Source of the DNA: Massalongia carnosa
Lineage: Eukaryota
Assembly (NCBI GenBank): GCA_965645245.1
Contig: OZ287081.1
Coordinates: 1,488,001 to 1,552,000 of the forward strand
Direction of reading: 5' to 3'
DNA length: 64,000 nucleotides
Part shown: in pieces, positions 49,110-60,277 of the stretch
Layout: every line of letters starts with the position of its first letter
Position numbering within the stretch: position 1 is the first letter of the stretch
Program-made: the position numbers and the translations under genes
Notes under the pieces: generated by a model
Databases searched by the model: none
Told to the model about the DNA's origin: nothing
What the model saw: the letters and a program-made list of their open reading frames with translations, nothing else

Positions 49110-52100
49110 TCAGTCCTCAAAGACACTCCTGTTGAAAAACCGATGCACCTGCCTCCCGGCCTCCTTCCCCACCATCTCATCCAACTCCGCCTCAGCGAGA
49201 TTGCTCACCTCGACCAAATCGCCCGCCTCGAGCGTGATGCGTGCCATGTTCTTCGCCGTGATGCCCGGCACGCACCGAAGCATGTCCTGCGGTGTCTGAT
49301 TGAAGCTCTGATCGGCCGGGTCCTCCCCGGCGACAAGGCCAACCTGCACCGCACGGATGGGATCCGGCTCCTCCTGCTGCTTTTTCAGCTCGTCGAAGAT
49401 CTCGGCCGTCTGGTAGGGCGAAGACGACCAGATGACCTTGAGGCGAGGGAAGGCGAGCGTGAGGAGGACAAGTTTGGATTGTAGGTCGGACGGGTGGGCC
49501 GCGGCAGACACTGTGGCGGCACTGTGGTGATGGTCGGCGAACGGGTCGAGGGTGAAGGATTTGTGCTGGTCGAACTCGATGAGGAGCATGGGGTGCTTGT
49601 AGTGCTGCAGCATCGTCTCAGCCTGGTTGAAGAGCCGGCCGGTCTTGAACGACGAGATGAGGTCGCGCACCGATTTGCGCTCCACGCAGATGTGCGGCGA
49701 GAGCACGTAGTCGCCGACCGTGAGCATGCAGGGTACCACGACCATGGAGCGGCCGTGCAGAAGTGAGGGCAGCGAGGAGCGGAACTCGCGCACGTCAACG
49801 ACAACACGGGGAGGCTCGGCCGTGGCGGCGAGCCGGCCGCCCCCGGCGATGCGGGTATTTACAGTGCGGAGAAATTCTTCTTGGGGGTCATCGGGGCCTT
49901 TACCGTCGAGGGTGAGGGTTACCGCCATTTTCTGGGATAAATTAAGCAAGAAAACACTTTTAGGAAGCGAACGCAAACTCTCACCCCCTTCTCCGTGATC
50001 AGCCTTGTAAAAGCGTCTTTTTCTTTTCGCACAGCGCTGAGGTATCTTTGCTCTTCTACGGAGCCTGCGTAATACATGAAGTACACCCGAACATTTCGAT
50101 CGCCATGTGAGCTGCGGTAGACCTCGATGCGCCGGATGAAAGCTGCGTCAGGTTCGTACATTATGACATATCGAGGTTTCACTTCTTCCAGCACATGCTC
50201 GTCCATATCCCCATCATAGGGATGCACGACGACCAAGTCCTGCATTTCGTAGAGCTGGAAGTAGTCTTCCATGTCATCTAAAGAATCCACAATGACCTCC
50301 TCTTTTTGCAATGCATCTGTTTCGGTGGACTGCACGTCCGCCAGGAGACTTGCCACCTGAGGCTCTCCATCTCCTCCAGCTTGCAAAGTGCCGCTAATAG
50401 GACGTCCTGCACCGGCAGCCGACGCTCCGCCTCTGATGCGCCGTCTTTTGTTTGGTGGCCCCTTGCCTCTGTTCCCATTTACGCCCCGCTGGTCGGTGAA
50501 CCCATTCAACGCCTTTTGATTCTCGTCAAACAGCGAAGCGCTCACTCGCGCAAAGTCTTTCTTCCAATTTAGGTAGTTGCGTAACTTTCGTCTCATCATG
50601 AACGTAGCGGATGGCTTCACTTCATACTCGTCCTCGTCGTCTTCATCATCCTCCACTAACCTTGGCGGGCGTACGTACATATGCTGTAAATATTCCCGCA
50701 ATTGACGACATGATCCTTCGTCGGAGCACATTATAAGAATAGTGCCATTAGAATCATCTCGAACGGTGGGATTAAAGTATGTGTCCCGCTCAATCTCCTC
50801 GAGAATCTCGGCCAGCAGGGTCCACTTTGGTTGTTCCTCCAGAACAGGACGAAGCGAATCTGGTAAGGTCCCCGAAGCCCCTAGTGCTTCCCCCTCAATC
50901 GCTTTTCCTGTATAGACTCGACTTTTGGCAGTTTCAAAGATTGTGTTTGCAGCATCGAGAAACAACCAAGGCGACTGATTTTGTCGAGTTGAACCAGGTG
51001 GTGGCTGATGTGCCGCTAAGATTGTGTCGAGGTACTTGTTAAACGAAACGGCATCATAGGTGAGCAACGCTCTAGATATGAGATTAGCTACATCGAATCC
51101 AACCAAGTCTCTGAACTGACTGAAAAATGGTTCGTAAAACACTCAAATCATTGACTATCTGCCTAGTTCTGAAGCTCACTCGATGCCATATGGGATCTAG
51201 CTGTCTTCTGATGATGATATCAAAACTTTTATGCAACGCACTGTCCAAAGTCCAGTCATCGAGCTCCAGGCCAGTATCAGCTTTTTTAAGCTCTCCAATG
51301 CTGACTTCCACACACTCAAGAACGGCGTTTTGAATGTCTCTCATACCATCGGTCATTGGCACTTCGAGCTCGATTACTTCCGCCTTTTTTCGCCCTTCCA
51401 ACGACTTGGCCACAGTAAGATGAAACCGGGGCCATAATGAGGGTTTCCTCAGGAACAAATTTCGCATCATAGCCGCCAGCGGAGCAAATCCCGTGGTAAA
51501 TGCTTCCGGGTTATCGGAGAAAGCCTTGAGAAAGCCTCCTTTGTTCAGCTGACGGTATATTCGTATTATAAATGCCTCGATAGACGTTGCCACAATTCTA
51601 TTCCATTAGCAAAGCGTCAGCCCTGCGGAAATCCATCCCACATACCTTTCCGAGTGGAGAACGACGAGCCCGGTAATGGTCTCGGGGTTTAGGAGTCCTG
51701 CATGATCAGTTGAAAATCCAGGATATGGAGCCATGATCCATACTCGACAACAGATCAACTACTAATATTCTTGATGTAATGCTGAATATGCCCCCTTGTG
51801 AATACATCTTTTCCCTAAATACTTTTCAGCCGGCTGGCCACATGTGTGACCTACCGTATTCAATCACCTTGTTCCTACGCTCATCATGTCTGTGTTGACC
51901 TGGCTAAGACCCCGAGCCATTGGCGATCGACTAACAGCAGCATGCTCGGCGAGCGCTGTCCATCATCAATGATGCGTTACCCACCAACCCTTTGTTGTCT
52001 TCTAACCTTCTCCAATCCACCCATTTTCTCTATCATCTGCTCCCACCACGACTATCAAGTTGTTTCCAGCCGCATCATAGGAATGAAGTAGATTGATAAC

Positions 52101-52283
52101 CACACGCAGAAGCCCCAAACCCCGGGCGAGAATGACAAGTTCATCTTCAGATCTAAGCTCCGAGAAAAGGTCCTGCTGGTACTCCTTTGAAGAATTGTTA
52201 GCTATTGAATATTCTGAGCGAACCTTAAAGCTTACCAGCGGCAAGGATAGCTTCACTGGAGCTTTCGCATTTTCTGATGGCAT
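49110..52283 (-). CDS. RAD1: XPF/ERCC4 structure-specific endonuclease (S. cerevisiae Rad1, S. pombe Rad16, Neurospora MEI-9), multi-exon
   Basis: Helicase-like N-terminus (LVILARGLG, GFLKAFSDNPE), ERCC4 nuclease domain (VVVDVREFRSSLP, VGDYVLSPHICVERKS) and a C-terminal HhH. Confidence 0.93.
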
Positions 52284-52739
52284 CTGGAGGGAACTGAAGC
52301 CACAATGCTTTGGATTAGGCGCATTCCATAGTTTGGTGCTTGGTTATTTCGACAGTATGTCGAAATTTCTCTTTCGTTATTGCACGGCTTGTGGTTACAA
52401 TGCCTTGGCGTTGATTTAACAGATAATCCTACGGAGTTCAACTCAGGTTATATCATAAATCCTGTGTTACGGCGAAATCACCGACCAGTTTAAAGACTAA
52501 ATTAGTTTGGTAGACAGCGTACATTAGGCACAGTGGCCTCTCGAATGATATCTCGCTCTACGAAAAACAGTATTCGCAAGTCTATCAAAAGACTAGCTTC
52601 TGCCCATCTCACTATTTCCTTCCCCAAACTCTCAAAAGAACGACATATTCCATAAGCTCTTCTGACCTGCCTGTCTGGCACGATCAATCTAGGTCATACG
52701 ACTGCGACTAAACATTGCTTACCCGCAAATATTCGCTAT

Positions 52740-53034
52740 CTAACTGTTCAGTTCTGCGTCTCGGGCCTTAAGATCATCCTTGGATGCTTTGGGTGGTAGA
52801 TCTGTTGGGACGTCAACAGCAATGTCGGCGTCCTGATGTGAAATGCCAACCGTCATTTGTTAATGGGATAGCGGGCCCTTTTGACTGAAGATCTTGTACG
52901 GAAGGTTTCCCTGGAGTGTGTTCATTCTCGTGAAGCTCGTGGTCACTTGCTGTGGAATCGGTGTTTTGCGGATCTTTTGCCACTTTTTCAAATATGCCCG
53001 AAGGTGCCTCTTCTTCATTGAGATGAACAGGCAT
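52740..53034 (-). CDS. Small hydrophilic hypothetical protein, 2 exons
   Basis: MPVHLNEEEAPSG...SKGPAIPLTND splices across a short GT-AG intron to DLPPKASKDDLKARDAELNS*. Confidence 0.55.
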
Positions 53035-53206
53035 TATTGATGAGGCTTCGTTAGATTGAGTTGAGATAAGAAGTAATGATAGTTAGTGTTATGGTATTGA
53101 GAGGAAAACTTAAAGATTTGACGAACATCATTGCTGTTAATACCTCAATCTAAACGGTTATCTACCCGCATGATTACGTCATAACAGTCATTAGCTCACG
53201 AGTGCG

Positions 53207-53852
53207 TTGCCTCAGTACCTCAGACGTGCCCGACTAAGCCCCTTCGGGTTAGTCTTACAGAACGTTAAGCCCCTTCGGGTTAACAGGCTGACTACGCAGC
53301 ACATCTGTAGCAAGTCTGAGCCCAAAACTCAAGATTACGGTCAGATATGGCTTAACGATCACAACTTCATTGTTTTCATGTTTGTAACGTCGTCGTCGCT
53401 TGATATGATCATGATCAATGTATTTTTGAATTTTTCGTTATAAATTTCAATATTTATTTATGTTTATAACGTGCAGAGCAATTTTACATACATCTTGTTA
53501 TTTTCGTTAAGTCGATTCTCGATTTCTATGCGAAGTGCAATCAGATTGCCCCACATGAACTTTACAACGAACAGGAATTTCAGAAAACTTTCTATACAAA
53601 TTCTACTTGAATTCTTTCGAAGAAATAGCCCGTGTCAAACGAAAAAGCAAGACGTCAAAATGTCGAAAATTTGCAATAATACACGATTTATTACGAATAT
53701 CTGACCGTAATATTTAGTTTTGCGCTCAGACGTGCTATCGCAGCCACGTTAGTCAGCTGGGACGCTAATCCGAAGGAGCTTAGCGAAATAGGCTAACCCG
53801 GAGGGGCTTAGACGGCTCCTAGAGCCCACGCACGTCTGAGGTACTGAGGCAA
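53207..53852. mobile_element. Non-coding TIR element 'A', copy 2 (646 bp, complete)
   Basis: Perfect 23-bp terminal IR TTGCCTCAGTACCTCAGACGTGC, with imperfect inverted symmetry over ~140-155 bp. An 8-bp direct repeat CGAGTGCG flanks it at 53199-53206 and 53853-53860. Confidence 0.9.
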
Positions 53853-53862
53853 CGAGTGCGTA

Positions 53863-56426
53863 ATCGTCGGCTCGCTTACCTCCGGGATCCGACTTGAAAA
53901 AATGTCGACCGCATTTTAGTCGGGGAAAGCGGTTGCATCCCGGAAAGCGGTTGCATCCCCCCAAATTCAAATTTCTTCATCTTTTTGATCATTGACCAAC
54001 AACCACATTGATTAAAAATCAGCCGATACCGTACATAGCTTGAAAATCATCGCCGTCATCATCACCGTCGTCAAAATCATTTCCCTTGACTCCCCTGACC
54101 CCCTGACCCTCGTGATTCTCCGCTTACTCCGCATACCCCGCATACCCCGCATTCTAACAATCATTCGCATCTCCTGGTTGAAAAGATGCTTCCGAATCGA
54201 ATTCTTTCAATGATTCTTCCAAATCGAAAGATACGAAATCCTCTCGTAGCCATGTTTCTCCTTCTGGAAGATCTGGAAGGATTGAATTATCTCCATGACC
54301 AGTGCTATCTACGATAAACGTGACATCTTCCTCATTGACATTGGCACGCGGATTCTTTCTAATTTCCTTCTTCGCTTCCTCAGCTATCCATACCTCATTC
54401 GTGGCCTTCCATAATGCCTCGGGGTCAGGAATCTTCTCATACATCTTAATTGGAATGGGACCGAGCATTTTCTGCATTTCTTTCAGCTGTTTAACTCGAT
54501 CTCTTTCTGCTTTTCGAGCAGCCAATCCCTTGACATGCATTTCGTCTCTTTCTATTCGCCATAGCTTCATGAAGCTATTATTCGCTCGTTTCTCCTCAGC
54601 CTCTTGATCCTGTTGTAGTCTGATGGCTATAGCCTGCTTTGCATCTTCCGCTGTGATTCCCAATCTTCCGGTTTCTGGTCTCAGACGTTTACGAGACATT
54701 CGTCTGTTATTTAACTGACTTCTTCTTGATTCTCGATGCATTTCCAGCTCCGTGCCATCGATAATTGCATTCGAAACAACTTCATTTGTATTGTCTACAA
54801 ATGAGTCCCATTCCTCAGCCCGAGCGGGATCACTCCATTGCATGGATTTTCTGGTTTTCGGTCCCCATTGACTCAAACCATACTCAATGTCAGCTACTTT
54901 TGTCGGTTGGACTTGACGAGGTAGGGGTAGAGGTAATGAGGGCTCATTATTCAGACTGTTTAATGAATCATTGGGATCATTGGGATTGAAATTTTTCAGC
55001 TGACGAATGCATGCCTTTGGATCAATCGGCCACATTCCCGACTTTTCAAATGCATGCCGAATCGTAGAAGTCTTGAATGTATGATTTCTGATTTTAGTCA
55101 AGTCCTGTATAAATTGAGACAGAGAATACTCGACAAATGACGACGCAACGACTTCCTCAATAGCTTTGCAATGCCAATGCTTATAAGGCTGAAATACGCC
55201 CACATCCAATGGTTGCATGCAATGAGTTAAATGCGGTATAAAGGGAAAGGGTCGAATGCGATTCTCATTGGCCAAAAGTGAAAATTCAGGGGTTGTATGA
55301 CTGCCATGATTATCCATCAGCAATAATTGCCATTCCGCATCAGGTCCTGCATTTGTATGTTTGATAAGATGCTTCAAATATTCAATTGCTATCTTATCAG
55401 ATGTAAAACCACTGTTCGAGGGCACGACATACGTGCCCTCGGGCACACCTTCTAAAAACCATGTGGCCATGATGTCATGACCCTGTACGATGATCATTGG
55501 AGGGGGGGGATAGTCGCCGGCAGCATTGATAGTCTCAATAACTGTCGCAGATCTGCGATTTTCCGGGCTGACGGCGTAGAATTGTTTGATTTCCTCAGGA
55601 ACAATGATTTCCTGACCCCTCATGCATCCAACCCGAAAACCAGCTTCATCAAAGTTCAAAATGTTCCGACTTTTTCGAATTTTCAACTCTTTTAACACCT
55701 CTCTATACCTTTCAAACCATTCTATCACATCTGATTCTTGGGCAGCTTCATAACGAATCATTGCTAGTGGTTTTGTCTTTATTTTATGAAGTTTGTTACA
55801 TTTCCACCAGCTCCGAAACCATCTTCTTGACGGGCCTACCTCGAGGGGGTTATGGGCCTTTTTCAGACTTACAATAGCCTTGAAAACCATCTGATGTGTA
55901 GGAAGAATTCCATGCATCAATAAGGACTTAATAAAGCCAGTAATTGACCTTGCCTCATGCTCCCTCAGTATCTGATTTTGTCCTCCATTTTTCCTCCCTT
56001 CTGGTCGACGAATGGAAGACGTCAAAGTTTTGACGTTGATATTGTAGATTCTAGCTGCAGTCGTTTTACTTTCTTTGGGATGATTTGTCAGAAATTCCTT
56101 CGCCTTTTCCAATCTTTCCATGGGGTTGAGAGTGGAGACAAGGGAGGCGTCGTTATCCATGATACGAAAGGGGAGATTGGTTTGGGGGATTGATTTGAGA
56201 GGAAAGAATTTGAATTGATGATCAGTTGGGTCGGAGAAATAATTTTCAAGCTAAGTACGGTATCGGCTGATTTTTAATCAATGTGGTTGTTGGTCAATAA
56301 TCAAAAAGGTGAAGAAATTTGAATTTGGGGGGATGCAACCGCTTTCCGGGATGCAACCGCTTTCCCCGACTAAAATGCGGTCGACATTTTTTCAAGTCGG
56401 ATCCCGGAGGTAAGCGAGCCGACGAT
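53863..56426 (-). mobile_element. Long-TIR pogo/Fot1-type transposon 'G' (2564 bp); relative of D
   Basis: 185-bp TIRs at 53863-54047 and 56242-56426 (three mismatches seen) starting ATCGTCGGCTCG. TA at 53861-53862 and 56427-56428. Confidence 0.93.
54154..56160 (-). CDS. DD35D transposase of G (668 aa; acidic tail truncated relative to D)
   Basis: Uninterrupted ORF with LNFDEAGF, LLMDNHGSH and QPLDVGVF. Sequence matching D's GYAGYAE tail remains downstream of the stop. Confidence 0.88.
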   Translation of the reverse strand: MDNDASLVSTLNPMERLEKAKEFLTNHPKESKTTAARIYNINVKTLTSSIRRPEGRKNGGQNQILREHEARSITGFIKSLLMHGILPTHQMVFKAIVSLKKAHNPLEVGPSRRWFRSWWKCNKLHKIKTKPLAMIRYEAAQESDVIEWFERYREVLKELKIRKSRNILNFDEAGFRVGCMRGQEIIVPEEIKQFYAVSPENRRSATVIETINAAGDYPPPPMIIVQGHDIMATWFLEGVPEGTYVVPSNSGFTSDKIAIEYLKHLIKHTNAGPDAEWQLLLMDNHGSHTTPEFSLLANENRIRPFPFIPHLTHCMQPLDVGVFQPYKHWHCKAIEEVVASSFVEYSLSQFIQDLTKIRNHTFKTSTIRHAFEKSGMWPIDPKACIRQLKNFNPNDPNDSLNSLNNEPSLPLPLPRQVQPTKVADIEYGLSQWGPKTRKSMQWSDPARAEEWDSFVDNTNEVVSNAIIDGTELEMHRESRRSQLNNRRMSRKRLRPETGRLGITAEDAKQAIAIRLQQDQEAEEKRANNSFMKLWRIERDEMHVKGLAARKAERDRVKQLKEMQKMLGPIPIKMYEKIPDPEALWKATNEVWIAEEAKKEIRKNPRANVNEEDVTFIVDSTGHGDNSILPDLPEGETWLREDFVSFDLEESLKEFDSEASFQPGDANDC

Positions 56427-56630
56427 TAATGCAAAATGTGTGATTATAGCGAAACGCTTTTAAAGCGCAACACTTTCACTTAGACGGCACGTCTAAGGCT
56501 ACCTGCCAATTAAATTGACGCATTTATGGATCGTGTGCTTCGATATTCGAGGAGCAAAGCATGCGAAGTTGTGGGATGGGCTGTTCGGCAGAAGTGCCTC
56601 CAGACAAGATGGAATCTGCCCATAGGCCCT

Positions 56631-58657
56631 ATGGACTTTCTTCAATTGGCGCAGGAGCATAAGCCGCAGATATTGGCAGCTTTTGCAAGTATTGTTGTCC
56701 TTCTCATTTCCATTTACTATTACTATGAATATTTGACCAGTGATACCGAACAACCTGTCGATTTTAGCGTTCCCCTTCCCAAGCAGTGTGAACCAGGATG
56801 GGCCGGAGAGGTCTTGGACGAGCCTGCAATTAAGGTAGTTTATGATAGTTTCGTTAAGAATAATACCTAACATTGATGTGACAGATATCTGGTTCAAGCG
56901 CAATCCGATGCTATTGTCCTGCTAATGGAAGATTACTGGGCCATGTAAACCCGGTCACTCCTGATGGAATTGATCGAGCAATAGCGAAGGCACAAGCTGC
57001 ACAGATCAATTGGTCAGAAACGACTTTCTCGCAGAGAAGGAAGGTGTTAAAGACACTTTTGAAGTATGTTGAGCCAGTCGATTCACATCACAGAGCGATA
57101 CTGGATAACAAACTGAAAGGCTGGCGTTCTAGGTATATTCTTGAACACCAGGAGTTAATCGCTACAATCGCATGTCTCGACTCCGGCAAGACAAGGATTG
57201 ATGCCTCTCTTGGCGAGATATTGGTGACGGTAGAGAAATTAAAATGGACTATACAGCACGGGGAGAAAGCGTTGAAGTCTGAGCGGAGACCCACCAATTT
57301 CTTGATGATGTATAAACGGAATGAAGTCAGATGGGAACCTTTGGGGGTTGTGGCGGCGTGTGTGAGCTGGAAGTGAGTCTTTACGCCATGTTCCAGTGGA
57401 GTGTTAGGGACTGATCACAGACAGCTATCCAGTACGAGAAGTATTTGAGAATAAAAAGCCAAACACGTTAGCTAATGGAACTACTAGTTTCATAATCTTA
57501 TGGGGCCTATAATCTCAACCCTGTTCACTGGATCCGCCATTCTTCTGAAATCCTCTGAACAAACAGCCTGGTCCCTCTCCCCTATCGTCTCCATCGCCCG
57601 CGCCGCTCTTTCTGCCTGCGGACATTCCGTGAATCTGATCCAACCCATCGTGTGTTGGCCTGCTACGGCTTCTCACCTAACCTCACATCCTTCAATTGCG
57701 CACATCACATTCATCGGATCTCGTCCCGTCGCCCACGCTGTCTGTACCTCCGCTGCGAAAAGCCTTATCCCTGTCTGCGTCGAACTCGGCGGCAAAGACC
57801 CTGCTATTGTTCTTGATGATGTTCTTACTATCAAAAATCTTCAAGGCATCTGCTCCATCCTCCTCCGCGGCGTCTTCACCTCTGCTGGCCAGAATTGTAT
57901 CGGCATTGAACGCATAATCACCCTTCCGATGTGTTACACACCTCTCATCCAGATCCTAGAACCCCGCATCCGCAGCCTACGCACCGGCTCTGTGCTCGAC
58001 GACCCAATAGGCGTTGACGTCGGCGCTATGATTTCCGACGCTAGCTTTGATCGCCTCGAACGTCTGATTGCCGACGCCATCAACCAGGGTGCTAGGTGTC
58101 TTGTGGGTGGAAAACGCTTCGTCCATCCAAACTACCCTAAAGGCCACTACTTTTCCCCCACGCTGCTAGTAGATGTGACATCGCGCATGCGCATCGCCCA
58201 GGAAGAAGTCTTCGCGCCGATCTGCGTGCTTATGCGTGCCGGCTCCGTAACCGATGCGCTCGAGATTGCCAATTCGACCTCATATGCACTGGGGGCGAGC
58301 GTCTTCGGCACCAAGACCACAGATGTGGAGAAGATTATCAAAGGCGTTCGCGCAGGCATGGTGAGCGTGAACGATTTCGCGGTCTACTATGCCGTACAGC
58401 TGCCCTTTGGCGGGTTGGGCGGAAGTGGGTACGGGCGGTTTGCCGGTGCAGAGGGGTTGCGGGCCTTGTGCAACGTCAAGAGCGTGTGTCGGGATCGGTG
58501 GCCAAGGTGGGTGCGAACGAGCATTCCTCCGGCGTTGGATTATCCCGTCACCAACGCCGGGCGGGCGTGGGAGGTGTGCAAGGGGATCATGGAGCTTGGA
58601 TATGCGGAGGGGTGGTGGAGGATTCAAGGTTTGTGGAGGGTTGTAAGGAATACGTAG
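56631..58657 (+). CDS. MSC7: Msc7-like membrane-anchored aldehyde dehydrogenase, 5 exons
   Basis: N-terminal TM anchor and motifs EPLGVVAACVSWNYPFHN (built with a 7-nt micro-exon), ITFIGS, ELGGKD, AGQNCIGIER, EEVFAP and LPFGG. Confidence 0.88.
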
Positions 58658-59014
58658 ATGGAAATGGATCATGTTGCGCATCAGACATGCGATCACGAAC
58701 GATGAAATAGCACTGTAAAAGTTCGAGACAGGTTGATTGCATGCAAGGTACAACTGCTCCGCTATGCTTCAACCAACTCAACGACTTGACCAGACTCGCT
58801 CTCCAAGCTCGACACACATCTATGCAACCGCTGTAATCGAAAAAGACAAAACAAAATGGTATCATCGCCGACGCTCTCTCGCACGCCAATTACCTCCTCT
58901 CCCTTCCTTTCCATCCCTTCCATCACCTTTCCGCCGGGTATTCAGTCCCACTTCACCCTTCGCCACCTCTAGCCCATACTTGCCAGAAGCGTCAGTCACG
59001 GCGAAGGGTGTTCT

Positions 59015-59338
59015 CTAGACATGACTCCTCCCGACTCCACCGCGACGTCGTCCCCCGCCCCGACCGCACGTGAGGCACGAAATGATGATGTCGAAGACCG
59101 AGACAATGCCTGCAATGATAGCTTGCAGAACGGCCCCAATGCCATTCACAATAGCCATCAGGCACGCGCCGATGGTTTGGAAGACGGATTTGATCTACAG
59201 GGGGAGGTCAATAGTTGCGTGTAAATAGGTAGGTAGGCACTTGCGATATCTTTCGCGGTATGTTGTAACTCGAGTATTTGGGAATAGGTAGCGAAGATAG
59301 AAGATAGGTGGACTTACACATGATACGACGGCACCCAT
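59015..59338 (-). CDS. Small hydrophobic protein with an N-terminal MG...C lipidation-like motif, 2 exons
   Basis: MGAVVSC, then an intron (GTAAGT...CTGTAG), then IKSVFQTIGACLMAIVNGIGAVLQAIIAGIVSVFDIIISCLTCGRGGGRRRGGVGRSHV*. Confidence 0.75.
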
Positions 59339-60277
59339 TTTGAATAAATATGTGTGCGTGAAAACGACCAGGGGAGGTGGATGAGATAGGTATGTGTGTG
59401 TATCGGGTTTGTTTGTTTGTTTGGACCAGTGTAAGGAACTTAACGCTGCGGAACGTTTGTTTTTGACGTGTAGGTTGATGGCGATGATATTAATGTTGTG
59501 TGAACGATGTTTAACTTGCGAGATGGAGATGAAGATGGAATTGGAGGGAAACAAGGGAGGTGTTATGGTTTTATGGCGGAAACCAGCCCAGCTACTTTAG
59601 GACGGGTCAAGTGATCAAGAATGCAGACTTGCAATTGCAATTTCCTCCCTCCAACAAAAACCCCGGAAATGACGTCGTGTGGCTCTTACCCGCTTGTCCC
59701 AAAATGCTCGTTCTAGCTCGCTCACCCTATGGGAGCGCTTCAATCCCCTCGTATTATCCGTATGCATCCACCTTTCTAAGCCTTCCTGTTTAGTTTACTC
59801 TCACGATGTGCAGCGTCCATACATTGCGGCATGCATGCCGGATCCAACACGTCAGGTGGCTTGCGCAAGACGGTAAATTCGAAAAGCCAAGCTTTTTCTA
59901 TTTTCCGTGCTCTACTTGTCGCTCTGCATCTCTCTTTGCCGTGTTGGGGCAGTTTGGCGAGTTGATTCTGTCGCTTACGGATAGGATGATGCACGCCACA
60001 AGACCCTGGGGGTCAGAAAGGGAAAGGGAAAGAGGTGATCGAAGAGCACAGCCACAGGTGTATGAATGTATGAATGATATGACGTCAGGGATTGTTTGAA
60101 TGGGGCGCGAGGGTGTGGCTGATCGGGTGGTGAACCGAGAGTGCCGGGTGCCGCATATCGGGTGACGGGGGAGATCGGTTGTCATTGGGCCTGCGTTCTG
60201 CCGGCAACTTGCTTCGTAGTTACTTCGTACTTTGCACGCGCATATCAAGAGTTACTGCCCAGCGAAATATCCTCCTC

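Noticed and set aside
53310..53735. Inner part of element A as an independent TA-flanked MITE
   Set aside because: The left TA is absent in copy A1 and the inner repeat shares its core motif with A's outer TIR, so it is better read as part of A.
33607..58657. Sfr1/Mei5, RAD1/MEI-9 and MSC7 as a recombination gene cluster
   Set aside because: They are interspersed with unrelated housekeeping genes and share no evident regulatory signal, so this is likely coincidence.
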